From Nitrosopumilaceae archaeon (GTDB taxonomy: Archaea; Thermoproteota; Nitrososphaeria; Nitrososphaerales; Nitrosopumilaceae), in NCBI GenBank assembly GCA_965200155.1, contig CBDATR010000001.1, positions 1-38,635 on the forward strand: DNA of 38,635 nucleotides, read 5' to 3'. The translations under genes were made by a program, and so were the position numbers. Below the pieces are notes generated by a model that saw only the letters and a program-made list of their open reading frames with translations, was not told where the DNA came from and made no database searches. Position 1 is the stretch's first letter, and each line of letters opens with the position of its first letter. This document shows positions 30,155 to 38,635 of the stretch, in pieces.

Positions 30155-30204
30155 CTCCATGGCATAGGCAAGCTCTCATATTGTCAAAAATTGGTATCAG
30201 ACGT

Positions 30205-30894
30205 ATGCGGGCCAAAATGCTTGCTCTGGGAGCTGGTATAGCTGTTGCGACTGCCGCCATAGTTATCGCGGCTGCCAGCGTATTATGGTCAGATGTGCCA
30301 ATACCAGTAGAGGATGCACAGGAACCGCAACAGTTAAGCATCCTTTCGGCACTGCTGGACAACGGATACCCGCCCATTGGAAGCCCTGATGCGCCAATTC
30401 GGCTGGTGGAGTTTGGGGACTACCAGTGCCATTTCTGCCACGTCTTCTTTGAGGATATCGAGGAGGATGTAATAGAGAACTATGTGGATACCGGTCTTGT
30501 ACAAATGTACTTTAAGGATTATACAATTATTGGACCGGATTCAATTACCGCGGCCCACGGCGCCCGGTGTGCAGAGGAGCAAGGCAGGTTTTGGGAGTAT
30601 CACGATGTAGTGTATTCCAACTGGGACGGAGAGAACACAGGATGGGCATCACAAGACAACCTGGAGCGGTTTGCCGCGCAGGCAGGGGTGGATACGGCCG
30701 CATGGTCTGCATGTATGGCAACATCTGAGTATTCGGATGTGGTCAGGAATAGCAACCAGGACGGCAGGAATCTGGGTATACAGGGCACCCCATCCTTCTT
30801 TGTTATTGCACCGGACGGCGAGGTTATCAATATACGCGGCGCCCAGCCCTATGATGTCTTTGCATCGGTGTTTGATGATTTGTTGGAGCAGTAA
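30205..30894 (+). CDS. DsbA-family oxidoreductase with N-terminal membrane anchor
   Basis: EFGDYQCHFC and GIQGTPSF. Confidence 0.92.
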   Translation: MRAKMLALGAGIAVATAAIVIAAASVLWSDVPIPVEDAQEPQQLSILSALLDNGYPPIGSPDAPIRLVEFGDYQCHFCHVFFEDIEEDVIENYVDTGLVQMYFKDYTIIGPDSITAAHGARCAEEQGRFWEYHDVVYSNWDGENTGWASQDNLERFAAQAGVDTAAWSACMATSEYSDVVRNSNQDGRNLGIQGTPSFFVIAPDGEVINIRGAQPYDVFASVFDDLLEQ

Positions 30895-31023
30895 GTCCCT
30901 GTGCCATATGAGTCCAGTTTGGATGGTATCTGGATAGTAATATTATTCATGATGGATTGTGTTGCACAGGTACCAACACATGTTGACATAAAAACCATAT
31001 AGGGTCACGTGAGGAGTGAGTGC

Positions 31024-32406
31024 ATGTTAGCAGGGATAGATGATATCGCGATATACATACCAAAACTGTATGTGGATTCAGAAGACTTTGCCAATAAGCG
31101 CGGCGTAAATCTTGACAAACTGCAGAAGGGACTGGGAATATACCAGATGGCAATTGTGGACAGTAACCAAGATCCCGCGTGCCTGGCGGCCAATGCCACA
31201 CTCAAGATAATGAGGAGGAATGATATCGCGCCCAAAGATATAGGAAGGCTGTACTTGTCCACTGAATCGTCTTTTGACGAATCCAAGGCCATGAATGCCT
31301 ATGTCATAGGTATGCTGGAGCAGGTGTATGGTAATGGTACATTCAATCACTGTGGCGGGGTGGAGACTAAATTCGCCTGCGTCAGCGGATCCTACGCGTT
31401 ATATGATAACGTGAACTGGATCAGGGCGGGTGAGTCCGGGGATCAGTACGCCCTTGTTATAGTATCTGACATAGCAAAGTATGATCTGGGCTCCAGCGGC
31501 GAGATGACCCAGGGCGCCGGGGCAGTGGCAATGCTGCTTTCGAACACCCCTCGCCTGTTACAGTTTGATCCCAAGGTAACATCCACATCTATACGGGACG
31601 AGTATGACTTTTACCGCCCCTTTGGCAAAGACACCCCAATAGTTCACGGCCAGTACTCCAATATGCTGTACTTGATACAGATTCGAGAGGCGCTGGAGAT
31701 GTACAAGGAAAAGGCCCGGAATACAGGACTCATACAGCCCAAGCCTGACGAGTCTGTGCTGGATTATATCGATTATATGAATATGCATCTTCCGTATAGT
31801 GCCATGGGTCGCAAGGCTCTAGCATATCTCATGCGCCATGAATGGCGCCAGCTGCCCCGCTGGAAGGATGTAATAGAGAACATAGGAATGGCAGAGCCGG
31901 TGCAGGACAACTCTTCAGGCACCATAGAGTCCGCATTACGGAATCCGCAGTTCCTAGAGAATGATTCTGCGTTCAATCGTAAACTGATGAAGACACCGCA
32001 GTTTATGGAAATGTACGAGAGAAAGTTGGCGAGCTCCCTGATAGCATCAAAGATGATAGGAAACTTGTACACTGCGTCATTATATCTTGGTCTGCGAAGT
32101 AGCCTGGAATACGAATATCGCAAGGGGGTGGACCTGGCTGGAAAGCGCGTAGGTTTTGGTTCTTATGGAAGTGGCAGTAGTGCCATGGTCTTTAGTGGCA
32201 CCATACTGGATAGTTACAAGGAGGTCATATCAAAGATGCACCTAGAGCAGGATATGGATAAGCGCAGGCGTCTGTCACTGGAAGAGTACGAGATGCTGCA
32301 TCGCGGAGAAATGCCTGCTGGCCAGTCCGTAGTTACTGCCAAAAACGAGTTCACCCTCGCCAAGATAGACCGGGAAACGGGCGAGAGAAGTTACACCTTT
32401 AACTGA
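31024..32406 (+). CDS. hydroxymethylglutaryl-CoA synthase
   Basis: TES..D.SK, KFACVSG, EMTQGAGA, GNLYTASLY, SYGSG. Confidence 0.93.
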   Translation: MLAGIDDIAIYIPKLYVDSEDFANKRGVNLDKLQKGLGIYQMAIVDSNQDPACLAANATLKIMRRNDIAPKDIGRLYLSTESSFDESKAMNAYVIGMLEQVYGNGTFNHCGGVETKFACVSGSYALYDNVNWIRAGESGDQYALVIVSDIAKYDLGSSGEMTQGAGAVAMLLSNTPRLLQFDPKVTSTSIRDEYDFYRPFGKDTPIVHGQYSNMLYLIQIREALEMYKEKARNTGLIQPKPDESVLDYIDYMNMHLPYSAMGRKALAYLMRHEWRQLPRWKDVIENIGMAEPVQDNSSGTIESALRNPQFLENDSAFNRKLMKTPQFMEMYERKLASSLIASKMIGNLYTASLYLGLRSSLEYEYRKGVDLAGKRVGFGSYGSGSSAMVFSGTILDSYKEVISKMHLEQDMDKRRRLSLEEYEMLHRGEMPAGQSVVTAKNEFTLAKIDRETGERSYTFN

Positions 32407-32407
32407 C

Positions 32408-32926
32408 ATGAACGACCCGGATACCACAAAGAAGAGACTCTTTGACATACTGGAGTCAAGAAAGGAAGAGTTCGATTATATGGTTTCCCGGGACAAGTAT
32501 GGCGATATCGTAAGAGCGGCTCTGCGTGCATGTGAAAATATGGTTTCTGACGCCGAGGACTTGAAAGTGGTAGCCACAGGCCTGCTCCATTATATAATAA
32601 CGCGAGCCGCCATTCCCAGCCAAAGAAAGGTGGACGCGGGAGATACATTTTTGGATATAGTAATACCGGGCATTCGGGATATGCGCCGCCGCCCCCAATC
32701 CACACTGATAATACTGATTTGTGGCGACTGCTCAGACGTGCAGGAGCGAATGGGGCGAGTGAAAAAAATACAGCCAAACCCCGACAACCTGTGGCTATTG
32801 GCGCAGGACTGCCAGACTATGGAAAGCCCGTGCTATACGATACGGGAGAGCATGGCAGACATGGTCGAGGACATGATAAGATTTGCACGGGAGCACAATC
32901 AGCACAAACTGGGATTGACCGTATGA
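32408..32926 (+). CDS. hypothetical protein
   Basis: Starts 1 bp after the HMG-CoA synthase stop; ATGA overlap with bioA. Confidence 0.75.
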   Translation: MNDPDTTKKRLFDILESRKEEFDYMVSRDKYGDIVRAALRACENMVSDAEDLKVVATGLLHYIITRAAIPSQRKVDAGDTFLDIVIPGIRDMRRRPQSTLIILICGDCSDVQERMGRVKKIQPNPDNLWLLAQDCQTMESPCYTIRESMADMVEDMIRFAREHNQHKLGLTV

Positions 32927-34197
32927 AGGCGCATCACGCCATATGGCACCCCAATACCCAGATGTCCGAATGGGAAAGGTTCTCTGAGATAGTGCAGGGG
33001 GATGGGATGTGGCTGATAGACAGTACCGGTCACCGCATGATGGATGCAGTGGCCTCCATGTGGTGTAATGTGTGGGGGCATTCTGAGACACAACTAATCG
33101 AGGCGCTAAGAGAGCAGGCTGCGCGCCTCCAGCACGCACCGCTATTCAATCTGACTCACCAGCCTGCCCAGCGATTGGCCCAACACATGCTGGATATGTG
33201 CCCGGATATGGACGGGGTGTTCTACTCGGATAACGGATCCACGGCCATGGAAGCCGCTTTCAAGATGGCAGTACAGTACTGGAGTAACCAGGGAGAGACA
33301 GGGAGAAACCGCCTGGCCGGTCTCCGAAACGGTTACCACGGAGACACACTGGGGGCCATGCTGGTGAGTGGGAATAGTTTCTTTGGCAGGTTCCAGTCCA
33401 TGGCCGCACCATACCCCCGCTTTGACATACCAGGTTATGATGCACCCTCAGAGGACTGGGCACGATGCACAGGAGAGATAGGCGAGATAATAGAGAGTGA
33501 TGACACACTGGCGGCAGTGGTAATGGAGAGTGGCGCACAGGTTGCCGGAGGCGCCCTCATATACCCCCACGGGTTTCAAAGGGATATCTCGAGCATGTGT
33601 CGCAAGGCAGGCATACTGATGATAGCGGACGAGGTGGCCACAGGACTGGGCCGGCTGGGATCCATGACCGAGTATACCAGTCAGGAATCAGCGCCGGACA
33701 TTGTGGCATATAGCAAGATGCTCACAGGCGGGTATCTTCCCATGGCAGCTACGCTGGCCACCAAGAAAGTAAGGGATGCATTCCGGGGTGAGTATGACAA
33801 GGAGATGCACTTGTTTCATGGTCACACATTTACCGGTAACCCACTAGCCGCTGCGGTGGCCTGCAGAAATCTAGAATTGTACAGGGAGCGAAATCTTATA
33901 CAGCACGTGAATGACATGTCCAAAATACTGTCCGAGTCATTAACCTGCATGGACAATCACCAAAGGGTACGGGACATACGGTGCAAGGGTATGTTGGCTA
34001 GTATACACCTGGAATGGGAGCCGCCACAAGGCTCATCGGCTAATAGGACAATATACGAGGCAGGAAGAAAGAACGGCGTATATCTACGAACACTGGGCAA
34101 TACAATACTGGTAGTTCCGCCCCTGGCAATATCCGGCGACGAGATTGCCGAGATGGTATCACGGATTAATGCTACTATCAGGGATATCCTGAGATAG
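32923..34197 (+). CDS. bioA: adenosylmethionine-8-amino-7-oxononanoate aminotransferase
   Basis: IWHPNTQM, DAVASMW, YHGDT, ADEVATG.GR, KMLTGGY, HGHTF. Confidence 0.95.
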   Translation: MKAHHAIWHPNTQMSEWERFSEIVQGDGMWLIDSTGHRMMDAVASMWCNVWGHSETQLIEALREQAARLQHAPLFNLTHQPAQRLAQHMLDMCPDMDGVFYSDNGSTAMEAAFKMAVQYWSNQGETGRNRLAGLRNGYHGDTLGAMLVSGNSFFGRFQSMAAPYPRFDIPGYDAPSEDWARCTGEIGEIIESDDTLAAVVMESGAQVAGGALIYPHGFQRDISSMCRKAGILMIADEVATGLGRLGSMTEYTSQESAPDIVAYSKMLTGGYLPMAATLATKKVRDAFRGEYDKEMHLFHGHTFTGNPLAAAVACRNLELYRERNLIQHVNDMSKILSESLTCMDNHQRVRDIRCKGMLASIHLEWEPPQGSSANRTIYEAGRKNGVYLRTLGNTILVVPPLAISGDEIAEMVSRINATIRDILR

Positions 34198-34436
34198 TTT
34201 GGCATCTCGGCGCCGCCTATACCACATCACTATGCCTCCTGCCAGCATGGCCGAGAACAGTATGACTCCAGTCATTTGTAATTCCAGCTGGTACATCATA
34301 ATGTCGTATTCCGGAGTGGTATTGGATAAATGTTGCTGAAAATGTCACGATAGCCCCGGAGAGAATATTTGTGAATAAACAGACATTAGACTGTATGCGC
34401 AGAATCACTTCTCCCACCCTGCACGTCTAAACCAAG

Positions 34437-35675
34437 TTGTTAGATACGAACAATCGACCTAGTATCATGGGTTTTCCCACAGACTCGTGTGAAACAGAAA
34501 AGTTAAGACCTAATTTTGTAATACCAGGTATGCTAAAAGCAGAAGAACTCACCAGGGAGCAGTTAGTCACAGAGTACTACCGGCTACGCACCGAGTCCGA
34601 GACCAAAGTAACAAACCTGCGTGGAAAAAATGACAGTTTACGTGGGAAAAATGACAGCCTGCACGCCAAACTTGAAGCTCAAACAAAGAATGCCCTCGTT
34701 TCAAATCTCGATGACATCATAGAACGCAAGGATCAGCTTCATTCCCTGACCGGATGCACCCCGGAAGAGTTCAAATGGATACTAATCAGATTCACAGAAT
34801 ACGTAGAGTCCCTGGAAGGCGATGATGCACGGCGATTCTTAGAACTTACAAATGATCGTGGCCATGTGAACAAATTTCCCATTAGGCATGTACTCTTAGT
34901 TACACTGATACGCCTGCGCTGCAATACAAAGCAGGAGCTGCTGGCAGCAATACTCAAGATAAACCAGTCAAACATATGCCGTTACATCCAGTTTACAAAG
35001 CAGGGACTGATCAAGATACTCCCAACGGCCGATACCGTTGCAAAAGCAATATCACAAATCAAGTCAACACCCGACTTTAAGGAAATTGTTCCAGGCCGAG
35101 CCGGAGGGGAGATAAAGACTGACGGGACACATGTACGCGTACAACGTCCTAAAAAAAATCAGGAGGCAATGTACTCTGGTAAACAAAAAACCCACACGTA
35201 TAACGTACAGATAACATCAAACAAGAAAAGACTGATAATTCACGTAAGTGGAGTATATGAGGGAAAAAGACACGATTATGGTATATTCAAGAATGATATT
35301 CCCCTCGGTGGCAAATGGGGCAAGTCCCTAAAAGAATCAACCACGCCACCATCCGATAAGATAACAGTAATAGCAGATGCAGGATACCAGGGTATGAAAG
35401 ACTTCCTACCCGGCGCAAAGGTCATAATTCCATACAGGGGTAGGGAATCACTCACTAAAACTGAAAGGAAATACAACCAATATGTATCAAAAAGGCGCAT
35501 ATTAATCGAGAATGTAATTCGAATGCTAAAGGTATATCGTAGATTAAGTCAGGTATATGATGGCAGTCGTGAGGAATTCCGGGAAGATCTACTCGTAGTA
35601 TCTGGGTTGCATAATTTACACATTATGCACAAGCATACCAGGTACAAGAAATTCTTGAAAAATATCTGTCCATAA
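34437..35675 (+). mobile_element. intact IS5-family (ISL2 group, DDE_Tnp_4-like) transposase; start possibly 34530
   Basis: DGTHVRVQRP, YSGKQKTH, G..HD, ADAGYQG, RILIEN; no TIR pair found. Confidence 0.9.
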
Positions 35676-35867
35676 TTTCCGTGTTATTATAATTCGAATA
35701 TTACTCATCAGAAAATCCACTAAATTAATGGGTTTTGTGGTAACCATTTAGCTCACTCATGATATACGTCATCAAGATCCGGTCACCCCACTACACGACA
35801 TTTGTAATCACGGCATACGTTAGTGCTGGCAGGTGCCATTCACATTGTTCATGCTTGACTGATTGTG

Positions 35868-35959
35868 GTATGAGTTCACGTCTTCCGGAATCTTATGCAC
35901 AAATCACATTAACTGTCGCGATCAGTTATGCGTAAATTTAGACACAGGTGAACTCATAC
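35868..35959 (+). mobile_element. MITE-A
   Basis: TSD tgattgtg. Confidence 0.96.
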
Positions 35960-36048
35960 TGATTGTGTGCCATAAAATACACCCCAGTTTGAAGCAACAT
36001 GGGCTATTCCTGTCAATCATGCGCATAAGGTCTATTGTGTATGCAGGA

Positions 36049-36333
36049 CTATTGTGCTGCAACGGTGTAGATTTTGGGAGGGGAGCGCACGTCTCGCAAA
36101 GACATGGCTTCCTTGTGTACGCGTTGATGCTCGGGACTTTGGCGCATTGTATCAAACTGCTCCGCACTCTCAAATTCTACCATAACACGAAGCGAGCCGT
36201 CCTCTGCCTGTAGCAGTCTTCGGGATATGAATCCGTCAAATTTGGATATGACCTTGTTGGATTGCTTCATCCACGCCTTAAAGTCATCCATGCGTCCTGG
36301 CTTTGCACTAACCTCCGCGATTGCCACTATCAT
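36049..36333 (-). CDS. ABM (antibiotic biosynthesis monooxygenase-like) protein
   Basis: KPG..DDF, DGFISRRL, FES...F....SPEH pattern. Confidence 0.82.
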   Translation of the reverse strand: MIVAIAEVSAKPGRMDDFKAWMKQSNKVISKFDGFISRRLLQAEDGSLRVMVEFESAEQFDTMRQSPEHQRVHKEAMSLRDVRSPPKIYTVAAQ

Positions 36334-36383
36334 TTACGCGAAAAACAGGGTGCCGTTATAATTAGTTAGTGCGTACGGTCATG

Positions 36384-36570
36384 GTAACGTTTGGGTCGAG
36401 TAAAAGATTAGACGTATGAGTTCACCTGTGTCTAAATTTACGCACAACTGATCGCGACAGTTAATGTGATTTGTGCACAAGATTCCGGAAGACGTGAACT
36501 CATACGATTAGACATCTAGACGATAAATCCACGGGCATGTGTGAGACAGTATGATGACCAAAACGGCTAC
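36384..36570. mobile_element. MITE-B interrupted by MITE-A
   Basis: gtaacgtttgggtcg / tgaccaaaacggctac ends; interior similar to the 7701 copy. Confidence 0.6.
36414..36505 (-). mobile_element. MITE-A
   Basis: TSD gattagac. Confidence 0.96.
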
Positions 36571-36602
36571 ATGGCTATGCGGTACTATTTCACCAAACAG
36601 AT

Positions 36603-37316
36603 TCAGGTCAGCATGGACGTGGCAGTCTCTGCCGGGTCACTAGAATTCAACAGGCTCCTGCCCACTATGATGTAGTCAGTGCCATTGCTAAACGCGTCCT
36701 GCGCCCTGCCTCCCTGTGTTCCTACGCCGGGCGATACAATGTCTGCGCTGTCTTTGATGTCCCTGTGGCACGCATCTATTATATCCGGAAATGTGGCGCC
36801 TATCACAAAACCGTCCACCCCGGCATCCATGCCCCACCTTAGGAATTTCTTGTATAGTGGTTGACCCTCAGTTATAATCTCATAGGAGTCCGCTCCCTCA
36901 GGAGAGCTCATATGGCACAGTGATATGATACCATGCCCCCCCGTATGCGCGGATTTGACCAGCTCCAGTAGTGCATGCCGCCCCATGATGGGATTGGCTA
37001 TCAGGGCATCAAACCCGCATGCCCACAGAACTTTGGCAGTAGCAATGTTGGTATTCTTTATGTCATTTAGCTTGATGTCGGCTATGCACTGTAAACCGGA
37101 TTTCTTTGCATAAGCAGTGATTTTGGAAATATCTGCTGAGCTCAGGGACAGCAGAACCTGAAAATTCAGCTTGATCGCGCACAGGTGATTTTGGAGATCA
37201 ACAATGAGGTTTGAGGCGTCCTTGTACATGTTACTGGAATTAGGTATATCCAGCGCAAGTATTATGGGCCCGCCCTCGGATGCTGATTTAGCCAGTCTTG
37301 AGCGAAATCCAGACAA
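36603..37316 (-). CDS. pyrF: orotidine-5'-phosphate decarboxylase
   Basis: LALD, DIKLNDI..T, SPGVGTQGG, IVGRS. Confidence 0.94.
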   Translation of the reverse strand: MSGFRSRLAKSASEGGPIILALDIPNSSNMYKDASNLIVDLQNHLCAIKLNFQVLLSLSSADISKITAYAKKSGLQCIADIKLNDIKNTNIATAKVLWACGFDALIANPIMGRHALLELVKSAHTGGHGIISLCHMSSPEGADSYEIITEGQPLYKKFLRWGMDAGVDGFVIGATFPDIIDACHRDIKDSADIVSPGVGTQGGRAQDAFSNGTDYIIVGRSLLNSSDPAETATSMLT

Positions 37317-37319
37317 AGA

Positions 37320-38324
37320 CTATTCGCCGCGACGGTCTATTATCTCGGTAGCTGCAGCTCCTGTGCCTATTATGGTAACGGGAACACCTAATTCGTCCTC
37401 TATTCTCTTGACGAACGTCTTTGCGTCATGACTGAGCATTTCAAAATCACTTATACCCGCACACTCGGGAAATCGTACATCCAATTTTGTGAGTGCTATT
37501 TGGGTAGCCCCATTCAGCATAACGGAGCGCCTTCCCAAATCATAGTCCATATCCGCAGCCCTGCGGGGACGGCCGGTAACTGTGCCCCACTCGGCCCAGC
37601 CTCGACTTTCTGCCTCCTCGGGGTCAAGTTCACCCTTTAGCGGCCCAGTTCCAACTCGGGTTATGAATGCCTTGATCACCACAATCACGTGATTTACCAT
37701 TGTTGGGCCTATACCCACATCGGCGCATATTCCCGAGGCCGTCACATCCTTGGATGTTACGTACGGGTAGGTTCCGTGCCACAGTGAGAGAAATGTTCCC
37801 TGTGTACCCTCTACCAGTACGTCCTTGCCTAATGATACAGTCTTGTGTATCTCGCTGGGAACATCGCACACCATCTTGTCCAATTCGGGCATATCCTTGG
37901 CTAGTCCAAGTGTACGCATGGCTCTGTCCGCGTTGGCAGGTCCTGTCCCGGAACCGGTACTGCCAATGGCTGTCTTTAATCTGCCCTTTGAGTCCGCGTC
38001 CAGATGCGACTTTTCTATTATCCCACAGTTGCCATCAACAAATGTCCGTCCTGCGGTCCCCAGCTCCTGCACTTCCTTGTCCAATACTTTGGGGTTTATC
38101 ACTACACCGGGGCCTATCATAAGACGGGACTTTTTGTTAAGAAAACCGCTGGGCAACATACGAATCTTGTATGTAGTATCATCATAACGAATCGTATGAC
38201 CCGCATTTGGGCCAGCTCCGCCCCGCACCACAATATGAGGTTCGTCCTTTAGTGCAAGGTAAGAGATAATCTTGCCCTTGCCCTCGTCTCCGAAAAAACC
38301 GCCAACTACCACTGTAATGGCCAC
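37320..38324 (-). CDS. purA: adenylosuccinate synthetase (short archaeal type)
   Basis: GDEGKGK, GPNAGHT, GSTGSG, GTYPYVTS, GTVTGRPRR. Confidence 0.97.
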   Translation of the reverse strand: MAITVVVGGFFGDEGKGKIISYLALKDEPHIVVRGGAGPNAGHTIRYDDTTYKIRMLPSGFLNKKSRLMIGPGVVINPKVLDKEVQELGTAGRTFVDGNCGIIEKSHLDADSKGRLKTAIGSTGSGTGPANADRAMRTLGLAKDMPELDKMVCDVPSEIHKTVSLGKDVLVEGTQGTFLSLWHGTYPYVTSKDVTASGICADVGIGPTMVNHVIVVIKAFITRVGTGPLKGELDPEEAESRGWAEWGTVTGRPRRAADMDYDLGRRSVMLNGATQIALTKLDVRFPECAGISDFEMLSHDAKTFVKRIEDELGVPVTIIGTGAAATEIIDRRGE

Positions 38325-38436
38325 AGCATATACAATTTATGCCCGTATATTAGTTCAAGCACATAAGAGGATACAGCCGGTCCTGTAACATTCTGTGTCC
38401 GATTCCCGGACTGCCCCAAATAGAATGAGTTCACAT

Positions 38437-38487
38437 GTAACCGTTTAGGTCGCGTTAAAGATCACCCAGGTGGTTAATTCATGGGCA
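38437..38487. mobile_element. MITE-B left part
   Basis: gtaaccgtttaggtcgcgttaaagat matches the 7701 copy. Confidence 0.65.
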
Positions 38488-38578
38488 TAGCGAACACCAT
38501 ACTTTTTTGACATGCAAGACGGGGGGTTGTGTCCGTCAAATGCAGGATTTGTCACCCAGAGACTTATGATGGCTGTTA
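38488..38578. mobile_element. MITE-C (about 91 bp) inserted in MITE-B
   Basis: tagcgaacaccata ... cttatgatggctgtta+TA; same TIR type as the tnpB element. Confidence 0.6.
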
Positions 38579-38624
38579 TAGATCTGTGGCAAAATCAGCT
38601 GGCATACCCACTATTTTCATGACT

Positions 38625-38635
38625 GTATGAGTTCA
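38625..38635. mobile_element. MITE-A end truncated by the window edge
   Basis: gtatgagttca, 11 of the 12 TIR bases. Confidence 0.75.

Noticed and set aside
32719-32922. Extended N-termini of BioA (likewise TK-C from 23556, DsbA from 30118, surface protein from 26367)
   Set aside because: They overlap upstream genes or a MITE, or precede a clear signal peptide; downstream ATGs fit better.
34217-34417. 66-aa minus-strand ORF next to the transposase
   Set aside because: No recognisable motif; cannot be supported as a partner gene.
38425-38434. atgagttcac as another MITE-A copy
   Set aside because: Only 10 bp match and no interior follows; at most a remnant.

Overview
Thaumarchaeal (Nitrosopumilaceae-like) chromosomal segment; the taxon is inferred from gene content (TK-N/Rpe fusion, HMG-CoA synthase, secE-spt5-rpl11, WW-type surface domain). 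The housekeeping backbone includes purD, folD, gdhA, hemL, ard1, trm5, ABCE1, the non-oxidative pentose phosphate genes, bioD/bioA, pyrF and purA. It is heavily invaded by mobile DNA: nine full copies plus one truncated copy of a 92-bp MITE with 8-bp TSDs, two older MITE families, two dead IS5/IS903-like copies, an IS481 remnant, an intact ISL2-type transposase and two tnpB remnants. The most notable observation is that one tnpB remnant is enclosed by 16-bp terminal inverted repeats. The same repeat, usually abutting TA, ends the second tnpB copy and several short elements. This suggests TnpB carried by a TIR-type (IS630/Tc1-like) element family rather than by an IS200/IS605 or IS607 element. 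All calls come from reading the sequence by eye; no searches were run.
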